Below are positions 19,656 through 29,187 of a DNA stretch of 64,000 nucleotides, piece by piece (the stretch's first letter is position 1; every line of letters starts with the position of its first letter). This DNA comes from Dehalococcoidia bacterium. GTDB taxonomy: Bacteria; Chloroflexota; Dehalococcoidia; Bin125. The position numbers and the translations under genes are program-made. The DNA is taken from contig OZ253456.1 in assembly GCA_965261225.1 (NCBI GenBank), positions 1,813,864 to 1,877,863 on the forward strand, written 5' to 3'. Below the pieces are notes generated by a model. The model made no database searches, was not told the origin of the DNA, and worked only from the letters and a program-made list of their open reading frames with translations.

Positions 19656-21509
19656 ATGCGCCGTTCGTTGAGGTTACTGATGCTGATTCAGTTGGCCGTC
19701 GTGCTGGCGATGGTCAGCGCGTGGTCAGGAGTCAGGCCAGCTCTACTCGGCTGGGATCGCGCTTCCGCCGACACCTACACGATCCAACAAGGTGACACCC
19801 TCTGGGACATCGCCAATCGGCTGCAGATTGGTGTCTCCGTACTGCTGGCGCTGAACGAGGAGATCACTTCTCCGAACGACATTTATGTCGGACAGAACAT
19901 CCAGGTCCCCGATCACACCGCGGTACAACCACAGACCGATCACTCGGACAGTGGCAGCGGTGCGCAGGACAACCAGCCAGCCGGCGGCTTGGGCAGCGGC
20001 TTGGGCGGCGGGGGATTCACCTTTATCTATCGCATCCGCGCGGATGACACCCTGAGCGAGATTGCTTACACGCATGGCACCGATGTCGCGACCATCCTCG
20101 CTCTCAATCCCGGGCTGAATCCGAACCTGTTGTGGGTCGGTAACGAGATCAATGTTCAGCGTGGCGCAGGCCTCGGCATCGCGCATGGTGTCGAGCAGCC
20201 TCAGCCGACGCTGAATGCCGGCATCCAAACGCCGGACCCTCGTCCGACATCTAGTCAGACGGTCGAGTACGTCATTCAGCCCGGCGACTCGCCGTCGGAA
20301 ATCGCGGAGGCCAACGGTGTCTCGCTGGACGCGCTGCGTGAGCACAATCCTCACCTTAATTTCGACGTGATTCACCCAAACCAGGTCATGTATATCCCGA
20401 TTCCCGACCATCGGGCGCCGGCGCTCGATCCGTCGGAGGTCCTGGGTGGACTGACCGAGCGCTACACAGTGCGCAGCGGGGACAATGCCACATTCATCGC
20501 GCAGACCTACGACATGACAGTTGAGGAACTGAGCCTGCTGAATGGCGGCGCGGACCTGTCAACGATCTATGTCGGGCAGACGATCACCGTGCCCTGGACC
20601 GGGACTGCCGCCAATGCCCAGGCCGGAACTGTTCCTGCTGTCCAGGTTCGGCGGCGCACGTATGTCGTCCAGTCGGGCGATACGTTCACCCATATCGCCG
20701 AGCGGCACGGCCTGACCCTTGAGGAGCTGCGAAATTTCAACCCGCTCCGACCGAACGATCTACTGGTCATCGGCGAGCTGTTGTATTTGCCCGGCACGAT
20801 CGATGCTCCGATCGTCTCGGAAGAGCGCACGCTGTGGGAAGCAGACCTCGTGCAGTACGCCGCGTCGACGCTCGGCGTTACGCCTCACACGTTGCTTGCC
20901 AATCATGGCTCGGTTGAACCTGGCCAATGGCTCAGCGCCGGCACTTCATGGCGACTGCCGACTCGCGAGGGCCTGCTGGTCACCGTTCAAGCGGGCGACA
21001 CGCTCCTGGGGATCGCGAATGCCCACGGAGTCGACATGGCGCTGATCCTGGCAGATCCGGCGAACGGCGTTGACGATCCGAATGCGATCGTGATCGGTCA
21101 GGAAATCATCCTGCCCCTGGCGATGCCCGCCTTTGCCTGGCCGGCACAGGCGGAACTGACGGATCCCTTCGGTCTCTGCCGGAGCTGGGACTGCTCATAT
21201 CGGCACAACGGCCTCGACATGGCGCTCGAATACTATGAGCCGATCGTTGCCGCGGCCGACGGAATCGTCACGTTCGCCGGCGGCGACGCGTTGCTGGGGC
21301 TGGGCTGGTACGTCGAGATCGAGCATGACCACGGCTGGAGCACGACGTATGCGCATCTGGTCGACTTCAACGTGTTCCAGGGACAATATGTCAATCGGGG
21401 CGACATCATCGGCTACAACGGCACTTCGGGGCTGAGTACCGGACCGCATCTGCACTTCGAGGTGCGTCACAACGACTGGTACGTCGACCCGCTGGTCGTC
21501 CTGCCCTAG
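19656..21509 (+). CDS. Secreted multi-LysM (about 7, one degenerate) M23 peptidase
   Basis: Signal peptide; repeated YxVxxGDxLxxIA...N...I.VGQ.I.VP; HNGLD and STGPHLHFEV. Confidence 0.92.
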   Translation: MRRSLRLLMLIQLAVVLAMVSAWSGVRPALLGWDRASADTYTIQQGDTLWDIANRLQIGVSVLLALNEEITSPNDIYVGQNIQVPDHTAVQPQTDHSDSGSGAQDNQPAGGLGSGLGGGGFTFIYRIRADDTLSEIAYTHGTDVATILALNPGLNPNLLWVGNEINVQRGAGLGIAHGVEQPQPTLNAGIQTPDPRPTSSQTVEYVIQPGDSPSEIAEANGVSLDALREHNPHLNFDVIHPNQVMYIPIPDHRAPALDPSEVLGGLTERYTVRSGDNATFIAQTYDMTVEELSLLNGGADLSTIYVGQTITVPWTGTAANAQAGTVPAVQVRRRTYVVQSGDTFTHIAERHGLTLEELRNFNPLRPNDLLVIGELLYLPGTIDAPIVSEERTLWEADLVQYAASTLGVTPHTLLANHGSVEPGQWLSAGTSWRLPTREGLLVTVQAGDTLLGIANAHGVDMALILADPANGVDDPNAIVIGQEIILPLAMPAFAWPAQAELTDPFGLCRSWDCSYRHNGLDMALEYYEPIVAAADGIVTFAGGDALLGLGWYVEIEHDHGWSTTYAHLVDFNVFQGQYVNRGDIIGYNGTSGLSTGPHLHFEVRHNDWYVDPLVVLP

Positions 21510-21620
21510 GAATATTCTGAACGACTCCGATCCCCGCTTCCCCCCTCTGCGGGGGAAGCTACCGTAGGCTGAAGGGGGTCCCCGCTCGGCCTGCGACACC
21601 AGTTGTTCAGAGGATTCCTA
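21507..21620. mobile_element. MITE-like shell with 20-bp TIRs enclosing a REP
   Basis: TAGGAATATTCTGAACGACT (21507-21526) vs AGTTGTTCAGAGGATTCCTA (21601-21620), 17/20; REP GCTTCCCCCTCTGCGGGGGAAGC... 21536-21581. Confidence 0.72.
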
Positions 21621-21641
21621 ACACCGAACTTGACGCACGCC

Positions 21642-22616
21642 TCAGTTGACCCGCGACTGAACCTCGACACAGACCCGGCGCAGCTCCCGAATCTCAGGAC
21701 TGCCGTAAACATCCGCGGCACGGAGCTGGTAGTCATCCCTTTCACGCCATCCGGGAGACGCCGCTTCGACGATTGAATCGAACTCCGCCGCTGCAGCAAT
21801 CGCGGTCCATGTGGCGCCGCTCGCGTCTCCGGCGCTCGAGAGTGACGCACTGCCTCGGCGGGCCGGCGCCAACGCGCGATCGAGGCGCGGTACCAGCGCG
21901 GCGCCGACTTCAGGCATTCGCGCATCGAGGTGTGATTTCGCGAGGGAATGGAGGGAGTCAACTGCCGCCCAACGCTCCTCGGTCTGGTGTTGATCTAGCC
22001 CAAGCGCATCGCTGATTCGAGGCCAGAGATCGGTCAGCTTGAGCAGACGGCTGCCGGCGCGCAGGCGTCTCGGCATTCGCAGGGAATCGACCGGCTCACC
22101 GACGATGGCGCTCACCGCAGGAAAGATGCCGCTTCGGACCGCCTCCACAGCATCGATTGGTCGTCCCGTTGATTCGTAGTCGTCTAGCGAGACTCTGGCG
22201 CGCCGCAAGGCGCGGGATGCCCGCAACTGGCGACCCTCCGCGGAGTAGTAACGGTCGCGAAACGCCGCGAGGATGTCACGCAGCGTGGAGTCCGCCATCC
22301 GCAGCGTGTGCATGTCGGCCAGGTTTCCGGCGAGCGGCTCCAGATGCAGGAGCTCTTCCAGTTCGACCAACGAACCGGACGTGATCGAGTCGACCGTCAC
22401 CGAGAATCCGTTCTCGTGGGTGACTGCTCCTTCGTCGATCCATGGCTCATTGCGATGGCGAAACAGCAGGATCTGCAACAACGACGCGGGCCAGATCTGG
22501 TTCCTGGCGTAGTCGCCTATGACAGCGACACCACGAACCAGCGAATCTCTACCGCGATGTCGCGCGCTGATTCGTTCGGCCAGCGATTGCCACTCGGTAG
22601 GTTCTGGGGCGGGCAT
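21642..22616 (-). CDS. Hypothetical protein, degenerate Pol-beta nucleotidyltransferase-like N-terminus
   Basis: ATG 22616 just after nadE stop; VRGVAVIGDYARNQIWPASLLQILLF resembles GSxARG...SDxD without the aspartates. Confidence 0.6.
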   Translation of the reverse strand: MPAPEPTEWQSLAERISARHRGRDSLVRGVAVIGDYARNQIWPASLLQILLFRHRNEPWIDEGAVTHENGFSVTVDSITSGSLVELEELLHLEPLAGNLADMHTLRMADSTLRDILAAFRDRYYSAEGRQLRASRALRRARVSLDDYESTGRPIDAVEAVRSGIFPAVSAIVGEPVDSLRMPRRLRAGSRLLKLTDLWPRISDALGLDQHQTEERWAAVDSLHSLAKSHLDARMPEVGAALVPRLDRALAPARRGSASLSSAGDASGATWTAIAAAAEFDSIVEAASPGWRERDDYQLRAADVYGSPEIRELRRVCVEVQSRVN

Positions 22617-22623
22617 GCGAGTC

Positions 22624-24348
22624 TCAGAAGCCGCGGTAGCGGTTGGCGATCGGGAAGCGCCGGTCTCGACCGAAAGCTCGAGGCGTGATCTTGAGTCCCG
22701 GCGCGGCCTGCCGACGCTTGTACTCGGCGCCGGTGACCAGTGACATGACGCGCTTGACGTCAGTCTCGTCGAAGCCTGCCGCAACGATCTCATCGAGGGA
22801 CCGGTCTTCCTCCACGAACGCCTGAAGGATCGGGTCAAGACGGTCGTAGGGCATCAAGGACTGTTCATCGAACTGGTCGGGGCGGAGTTCGGCGCTGGGT
22901 GGCTTGGTCAGCACCGAAACAGGAATAATCTCACGGCCGGCCCGGACGTTCACGAGTTCCGAGATGCGGTAGACGAGCAACTTGGGCACGTCCTGGATCA
23001 CGGCGAGTCCACCGGTCATGTCGCCGTACAACGTCGTGTAGCCGGTGGCGGATTCGCTCTTGTTGGAAGTGGTCAGCACCAGCGCGCCGGTTTTGTTGGA
23101 GATAGCCATCATCAACACGCCGCGAATGCGGGCCTGGAGATTCTCTTCTGTGACATCCTGCGGCAGACCCTCAAACAGCGGAGCCAGCGTGTCGATGTAG
23201 GACTGGTACGGGCCCTCGATCGGCAGCACATCCATGTGCATACCAAGGTTGTCGGCCAACGCTCGTGCGTCGGCGACGCTGCCTTCGGAGGAGTAGCGGG
23301 AAGGCATGGAGACGCCGCGCACATGGTCCGCACCGAGCGCATCAACGGCGATCACCGCCGTGATCGTCGAGTCGATCCCTCCGGACAACGCGATGATGAC
23401 GTCGCTGAATCCGGTCTTGTGGACGTAGTCGCGCGTGCCAAGCACGAGCGCCTCGTAGACCTGCTCATCGCTGGGCAGCGTGGCTGCGATGCTCGTCCCG
23501 ATGAGTGGTCCTCTGTCGACATCAAGCTCTCGCGAGACCATCGCATGTTCTGCCTGCTTCTGTGGCAAGCGTCGCAAGCGCGGGTCGTGCAGCCGCGTCT
23601 GACGTACCTCTTCCACGTCCAGATCGACCGTGAGCAATTGTTCGGTGAAGAGTGGCGCTCGAGCGATCAGGTCGCCGCCGGGTCCGTAGACGGTTGAGCC
23701 GCCGTCGAAGATTAGGTGGTCCTGTCCGCCGACGAGGTTGCAATAGAGGGTCAGCACCGCGTTGTCGGCGGCACGGGTCGCGAGCATCCGCTCGCGTTGC
23801 TGCGACTTGCCGGCATGGAAGGGCGAGCCATTGATATTGATCACGACCTCCGCGCCTGCAAGACACTGGTCCTGCATCGGTCCCGAGGAATACCAGATGT
23901 CCTCGCAGATCGTCACACCAACACGCGCGCCCGCGATGTCGAAGAGCTGCACGCCCTGACCCGCCCTGAAGTAGCGGGTCTCGTCAAAGACGCCGTAGTT
24001 GGGCAGGTACTGCTTGTGGTAGGACCCGGCCAGCTCACCATCGTGCAGGACACCGGCGGCATTGAAGATGTCGTGCGCGTAGTCGACGAAGCCGACGATT
24101 GCGGTGACATGAAGCCCCGTTGTGGCTTCACGTACGCGGTCGAGTGTCGACAGGTTGTCCTCGACGAAACCGCGCCGCAGCACGAGGTCTTCCGGTGGAT
24201 ATCCGGTCAACGCCAACTCGGGAAAGGCGACGAGATCCGCTCCAAGGGACTCGGCCTCGCCGATCTGATCGATGATCTTGGCGGCGTTGCCGTCGAGATC
24301 GCCCACAGTCGCGTTGATCTGCGCCAACGACACGCGCAAGCGTCGCAC
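22624..24348 (-). CDS. nadE: Glutamine-dependent NAD+ synthetase
   Basis: FPELALTGYPPEDL, K..LPNYGVFDE, ICEDIW, LSGGIDS, NKSE, PSAELRPDQ. Confidence 0.97.
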   Translation of the reverse strand: MRRLRVSLAQINATVGDLDGNAAKIIDQIGEAESLGADLVAFPELALTGYPPEDLVLRRGFVEDNLSTLDRVREATTGLHVTAIVGFVDYAHDIFNAAGVLHDGELAGSYHKQYLPNYGVFDETRYFRAGQGVQLFDIAGARVGVTICEDIWYSSGPMQDQCLAGAEVVININGSPFHAGKSQQRERMLATRAADNAVLTLYCNLVGGQDHLIFDGGSTVYGPGGDLIARAPLFTEQLLTVDLDVEEVRQTRLHDPRLRRLPQKQAEHAMVSRELDVDRGPLIGTSIAATLPSDEQVYEALVLGTRDYVHKTGFSDVIIALSGGIDSTITAVIAVDALGADHVRGVSMPSRYSSEGSVADARALADNLGMHMDVLPIEGPYQSYIDTLAPLFEGLPQDVTEENLQARIRGVLMMAISNKTGALVLTTSNKSESATGYTTLYGDMTGGLAVIQDVPKLLVYRISELVNVRAGREIIPVSVLTKPPSAELRPDQFDEQSLMPYDRLDPILQAFVEEDRSLDEIVAAGFDETDVKRVMSLVTGAEYKRRQAAPGLKITPRAFGRDRRFPIANRYRGF

Positions 24349-24426
24349 GGAGCCTCCTGAATAGCGTTCCTACAGCAATTCGGCTAACGGATCGCAGAGT
24401 ATCGCACCGCCGATACACTCTGACCT

Positions 24427-25392
24427 GTGCCGAAATCCCCGACTGACATCCCCGATTCCGATCTCCCAGCGCGACTGAGCGGCGCTGCGTTTGCCTGGCC
24501 GGGCGGGCGTGGCGTGGCGGAAATCGACCTTACCGTCCACCGTGGCGAGGTGGTGACGTTGCTCGGTCCAAACGGAGCGGGCAAGTCCACCATCCTCAAG
24601 ATGTTGAGCGGCGAGATCACACCACAGGCAGGTGAGGTGTCCATCTTCGGCAAGCAGCACGGACCCGACGCGCGTCGGCGCATCGGACTCGTCCTGCAAG
24701 AGGCGAGCACTGACGATCTGATGACCGTGCGTGAAACGCTGCAACTTCACGGCCGGTTATTCGGCTTGCGCGGCGCAGAGCTGGATCGGCGCTGCACGGA
24801 ACTACTCGATTCGCTGGGCATCGGCGATCGGGCCGCTGACCGCTGTGAAACGTTATCGGGCGGTTTGCGGCGACGCCTGGATATCGCACGAGCGCTGTTG
24901 CATGCGCCCGACCTGTTGCTGCTTGACGAGCCCACGCTCGCACTCGACCCAGATTCCAGTGCCGCCATCTGGAAAACGTTGTGTCAGCGGGTCGCGGACG
25001 GAGCCGCCGTCGTCGTGTGTTCAAACGACACAGTTGAAGCGGAGACCTACGCAGACCGGGTCGTGATCGTGAGCGATGGACAGGTCGTCGCAGAGGACAG
25101 TCCGGCGAATCTGACATCTAGCTTGCGTGCGGACGCGCTTGAGCTCGACTGGCCGGGCGCAAGCGATGCCGACGTGGTTGAGTTGGAGTCTTGGCCTGGA
25201 GTCGGCGCCATTTTGCGAACCGAGGGGCGATTGCACCTGACCGTTGACAGTTCTGCCGAAATCGTGCCGCGGCTGTTTCAGACATACGGCGCGCAGATCG
25301 TCGGCCTGCGCATTCGCGAATCCAGCCTGCGAGACGCCTGGTTCCAGATTGTGGGACGGCCGCTAACGGAGGAAGCGAAGGACGAGGAATGA
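24427..25392 (+). CDS. ABC transporter ATP-binding protein (DrrA-like)
   Basis: GPNGAGKST, LSGGLRRR, LLLLDEPT. Confidence 0.93.
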   Translation: MPKSPTDIPDSDLPARLSGAAFAWPGGRGVAEIDLTVHRGEVVTLLGPNGAGKSTILKMLSGEITPQAGEVSIFGKQHGPDARRRIGLVLQEASTDDLMTVRETLQLHGRLFGLRGAELDRRCTELLDSLGIGDRAADRCETLSGGLRRRLDIARALLHAPDLLLLDEPTLALDPDSSAAIWKTLCQRVADGAAVVVCSNDTVEAETYADRVVIVSDGQVVAEDSPANLTSSLRADALELDWPGASDADVVELESWPGVGAILRTEGRLHLTVDSSAEIVPRLFQTYGAQIVGLRIRESSLRDAWFQIVGRPLTEEAKDEE

Positions 25393-26180
25393 TTGACGCC
25401 GCAACTGCCACCTGGGCGTTGTTGAGCCGCGACCTGCGAGCGGTCGCGCGCTCCCGCTCGCAGCTGTACTCGTCGATTCTGTTTCCCTTGATGCTGCTCG
25501 CACTTCTGGGAACCGGGGTTTCCAGCGGACTGTCGCCGACATCGCCCAGGATTCTCGACGGCGACTACACCTCGTTCCTCGCGCCCGGCATGATTGCGAT
25601 GACTGCGCTCTTCTCCTCCACCTTTTCCAGCGCCGGCTTCTACCGCGACCGCGAGAGCGGTCTGCTGCGGGCCATGCTGGCTTCGCCGCACAGTGCTCAG
25701 ACGATCCTGTTCGGCAAGGCGCTTGGGGCAATACTGATCGGATCGCTACAGGCGTTGGCGGTGCTGGTGCTGGCGGTGGTGATCCCCGGGATTGATCTCT
25801 CCTGGCAGTTCGGATGGCTGGGAGGCGTCGCGACGGTGGTTGTCACGATCCTCGCGCTCAACTTCATGCTCTCGGGGTTGTCGCTGCTGCTGGCCGTGAG
25901 AATCAAGACGATGCAAGGGTTCCATTTGATCATGAACCTGGTCCTGTTCCCGCTGTTCTTCCTCTCGGGCGCGTTTTTCCCGCTCGATGAGGTGCCGACC
26001 TGGCTGGAGGTGATCGGCTACGCGAATCCGCTGACTTATGCGGTCGACCTCCTGCACTACGCGTCCTACGCCGACTCGCCCGATGGATTGATTGGGCCGT
26101 TGATCGACGGACTCGTACTAGGCGGTCTGGCGGTGGTGCTGTTCGTCGTTGGGCTAAGACGGGCGCCGAGAGCGGTGTGA
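25389..26180 (+). CDS. ABC-2 type permease
   Basis: Six TMs, FLAPGMIAM, FFLSGAFFPL, NPLTYAVD; ATGA overlap. Confidence 0.92.
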   Translation: MIDAATATWALLSRDLRAVARSRSQLYSSILFPLMLLALLGTGVSSGLSPTSPRILDGDYTSFLAPGMIAMTALFSSTFSSAGFYRDRESGLLRAMLASPHSAQTILFGKALGAILIGSLQALAVLVLAVVIPGIDLSWQFGWLGGVATVVVTILALNFMLSGLSLLLAVRIKTMQGFHLIMNLVLFPLFFLSGAFFPLDEVPTWLEVIGYANPLTYAVDLLHYASYADSPDGLIGPLIDGLVLGGLAVVLFVVGLRRAPRAV

Positions 26181-26184
26181 GCGA

Positions 26185-27066
26185 ATGAATCTTCGCGTGG
26201 ACACCCGCTGGTTTCTCATCGGATTGGTCGTCTGCGCGGTCGCGTTTGCCTCCTGCGAGGAATCAGACGATCGGGGCGTCGTTACGTCCTCGGAAGCCTC
26301 GTTCGTGCCGGTAATTGAGTCATCCGATGTCTATATCGGGGTCCCAAGGCTGGTTCTGACGCTGTTGGAGCGTGATCGGCAACCGAGATTCAGCGAGGAC
26401 GCGATGTTCCGCGTCCGATACTTCGTGCCGACCGAAGGCGGGATCAGATTCCACTCGGAAGCGGAGTTGACTTCGATCGATGTTGAAGGGCTGCGCTACC
26501 TGGTGGCCGACGATCCGCCGTTCGATGCCGCCGGTGAATGGGCGATAGCAGTAACGGTGGAGTTGCCCGACGGCAAGGCGGAGAGTTCCCCACGATTGTC
26601 GTTTCCGGTGAAAGATGCGCCTCGTGGGCCTTCAGTTGGCGTCGCCGCGCCTGGCATTCCCACACCGACGATTGACGACGGAGTGCTGGAGCGCATGGCG
26701 GCCGCCGAGTCGGACAGAGGAATGTACGAGCAATCGGCATCGCGGCTGATTGCCGCCGGCGAGCCGTTCCTGATCGTCTGGGCCTCGGCTGATCGCTGTG
26801 CCGGCAGATTGGCCTGTGCTCGTGCAGTCGACCAGGCGCGCGAGATCTACGGGCAGGACAAGATCGCAGTGCTCCACGTTGAGCCGTTCGGCCGACCCCG
26901 GCGGGCAGTCTTGCAAGCGTTGATCGACGCCGCCAACGAGACCTGGGTGATTCAGGCGGAACCACAGTTCTATGTCATTGACGGAGACGGCGTCGTTGCC
27001 GCGCACTTTGAGATTGTGGTCGAGTCCGCAGAGTTGCAGGCAGCGGTCGAGCGGGTCACCCGTTAG
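26185..27066 (+). CDS. Lipoprotein with Ig-like and thioredoxin-like domains
   Basis: Lipobox FASC; GEPFLIVWASADRCAGRLAC, LHVEP, EPQFYVIDGDGVV. Confidence 0.65.
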   Translation: MNLRVDTRWFLIGLVVCAVAFASCEESDDRGVVTSSEASFVPVIESSDVYIGVPRLVLTLLERDRQPRFSEDAMFRVRYFVPTEGGIRFHSEAELTSIDVEGLRYLVADDPPFDAAGEWAIAVTVELPDGKAESSPRLSFPVKDAPRGPSVGVAAPGIPTPTIDDGVLERMAAAESDRGMYEQSASRLIAAGEPFLIVWASADRCAGRLACARAVDQAREIYGQDKIAVLHVEPFGRPRRAVLQALIDAANETWVIQAEPQFYVIDGDGVVAAHFEIVVESAELQAAVERVTR

Positions 27067-27992
27067 ACGAGTACGTCGAGTCCGACCGCGGCGAAGATGA
27101 TGAACAGATAGGCGATCGATGCGAAGAACAAGCGCATCGGCGGCGTCTGCTCCTTCCAGACTTGCCAGGCGATGTAGATGAAGATCGCGCCCGAGATTGC
27201 GCAAGTCGTCTCGTAGCACCAGCTGAGATGTCCGCCCAGTGGTCCGAGCAGACTGACGGCCACCAACGCGACCGAGTAAATCAACATTTGCTTGCGAGTC
27301 TCACGTTCGCCGGATACGACGGGCAGCATCGGTACGCCGGCCTTGGCGTAGTCGTCGCGGTACTTGAGCGCCAGCGCCCAGAAGTGCGGCGGCGTCCACA
27401 TGAAGATGACCAGAAAGAGGATGAAGGGCGTCCATGTAACATCGCCGGTCACGGCCGCCCAACCGATGAGCGGGGGGATCGATCCGGCGGCGCCGCCGAT
27501 CACGATGTTCTGCTTCGTCGAACGCTTAAGCCAGATCGTGTAGACGAACACGTAGAAGAGCACCGCCGCCTCGGCCAACAAGGCGGCAAACAGATTGACG
27601 GTCAGCGCGAGCTGGATCCCACCGACCGTTGCGAGGAGCACGCTCCAGGCCAGCGCCTGCCAGGGTTGAATCACACCCGATGGCAACGGCCGACCGGCCG
27701 TGCGGTCCATGATTGCGTCGATATCGCGGTCGAACCACTGGTTGAAGGTGTTTGCGCCGCCGGCAGTCAGGACTCCGCCGAGCAGCGTGAGCACGATCAG
27801 CGCGAGGCCGTCGACGAAACTATCTCGCGGCCAACCGTCGGCGGCGACGATCATCGTGGGCACGGTCGTGACCAGCAGCAGACCAATGATGCCCGGCTTG
27901 GTCAGGTCCCAGAATCCTCGCGCGACATCGGTTGTGCGACGAGGGACCGAGATTGCCGCAGGTCGTTGCAGGGTGAGCGGACGTTCGGTCAT
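27063..27992 (-). CDS. ctaB: Protoheme IX farnesyltransferase (heme O synthase)
   Basis: LTKP, DRDIDAIMDRT..RPLPSG, NIVIGGAAG, WTPPHFWALA. Confidence 0.96.
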   Translation of the reverse strand: MTERPLTLQRPAAISVPRRTTDVARGFWDLTKPGIIGLLLVTTVPTMIVAADGWPRDSFVDGLALIVLTLLGGVLTAGGANTFNQWFDRDIDAIMDRTAGRPLPSGVIQPWQALAWSVLLATVGGIQLALTVNLFAALLAEAAVLFYVFVYTIWLKRSTKQNIVIGGAAGSIPPLIGWAAVTGDVTWTPFILFLVIFMWTPPHFWALALKYRDDYAKAGVPMLPVVSGERETRKQMLIYSVALVAVSLLGPLGGHLSWCYETTCAISGAIFIYIAWQVWKEQTPPMRLFFASIAYLFIIFAAVGLDVLV

Positions 27993-29047
27993 CCGTTGCT
28001 CTCACTCTCCGCCGAGACCTCGTGGGCGCCGATTGATGCCGGCGTTAGATGTCCGCTGCTCCGTGGATCGGATTGCAGCCATCCGGCGCGGTAGGCCGCC
28101 AACAACGCAGATGCCGCAGCCAGAAGCCAGACGATGGACCCCATCGAGAGGTGCAGCGCGCGCGACCAGGAATCGAAGTTGATCCAGATCATCGCAGCGC
28201 CCATGAAAATCTGACCGACGTAGAGAGCCGTCGCTCCGTGAATCAGGGACGTCAATGGTCGCGATCTCGGGCGCAGCATCACGACGCCCATCGAAGCGCC
28301 GAACAGGGCGAGTCCGCCAATCAGGACCAGGAATCGGTGACCCATATTCCATTGAGCGTACTCGCCCTCGGGAAACAGTCCGCCGTAGCAGAGCGGCCAT
28401 TGATTCCCGCAGGCTGCGCCTCCAGGACCGACGTGTGCTCCCGCGTCAGGTCCAGCCCCGACGTGCGTCACGTAGGAACCAACCACCACCACGACGTACA
28501 CCAGGACTGCGGTGACCAGGACGATGCGAGCGAAGTTTCGCGCCTGAGACGGCGAGTCCGTGCCGAGCGGTGCATCGTCCTCGAGTGTCACGGCTCGCCA
28601 GGCGAAGGTGCTCAACCACGAGACGGCGACTGTCACGAGGATCAACATGGCGGTGGCGAGGTGCAAGGTGACAATGAGCGATTCAAGCTGTTCGGTCACG
28701 GTCAGGCCGCCGAGAACAACCTGAAGTGCAAGCAAAGGAATCGCGAGCACTGCGGGGAGCCAGATGCCGGCGCGGTCTCGATACTGCCGCCATGCGACGA
28801 TGGCGTAGCCAAGGATGATGAACCCCATGATTGCGGCGACCAGCCGGTGGGTCCATTCAAGCCAGACCTGGTGTGCCGCGAATCGACCAAAGTCGCCTGA
28901 GGGAATCATGCCTCCGTAGCAGGCGGGCCAGTCGGGGCAGGCGAGGCCCGAGCCGGTGACTCGCACAATCCCGCCCAGGGCTGTGAGCGCCAATAGACCG
29001 ACGACCAGTCCCAGACCAACGCGTTGAAACCTGGTCATCGATGCCAT
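27989..29047 (-). CDS. ctaA: Heme A synthase (COX15/CtaA)
   Basis: GSGLACPDWPAC, EWTHR, HLATA, C.NQWPLC, HR, LHL. Confidence 0.93.
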   Translation of the reverse strand: MASMTRFQRVGLGLVVGLLALTALGGIVRVTGSGLACPDWPACYGGMIPSGDFGRFAAHQVWLEWTHRLVAAIMGFIILGYAIVAWRQYRDRAGIWLPAVLAIPLLALQVVLGGLTVTEQLESLIVTLHLATAMLILVTVAVSWLSTFAWRAVTLEDDAPLGTDSPSQARNFARIVLVTAVLVYVVVVVGSYVTHVGAGPDAGAHVGPGGAACGNQWPLCYGGLFPEGEYAQWNMGHRFLVLIGGLALFGASMGVVMLRPRSRPLTSLIHGATALYVGQIFMGAAMIWINFDSWSRALHLSMGSIVWLLAAASALLAAYRAGWLQSDPRSSGHLTPASIGAHEVSAESESNG

Positions 29048-29134
29048 CGAACGCAGATCCGTCTAGCAACCGGCGAGTAAGGGACTTGCCCCGTTAAGTG
29101 TTGCACTCTTCCGCGTATCGGCGAACTGCAGAGC

Positions 29135-29186
29135 GCACACTGCTTCACTGTGCGTCACTGTGCGTCTTCACTGTGCAGCAGTGTGC
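29135..29186. repeat. Intercistronic hairpin with three TCACTGTGC repeats in the loop
   Basis: GCACACTGCT 29135-29144 / AGCAGTGTGC 29177-29186; repeats at 29145, 29155, 29168. Confidence 0.7.
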
Positions 29187-29187
29187 A

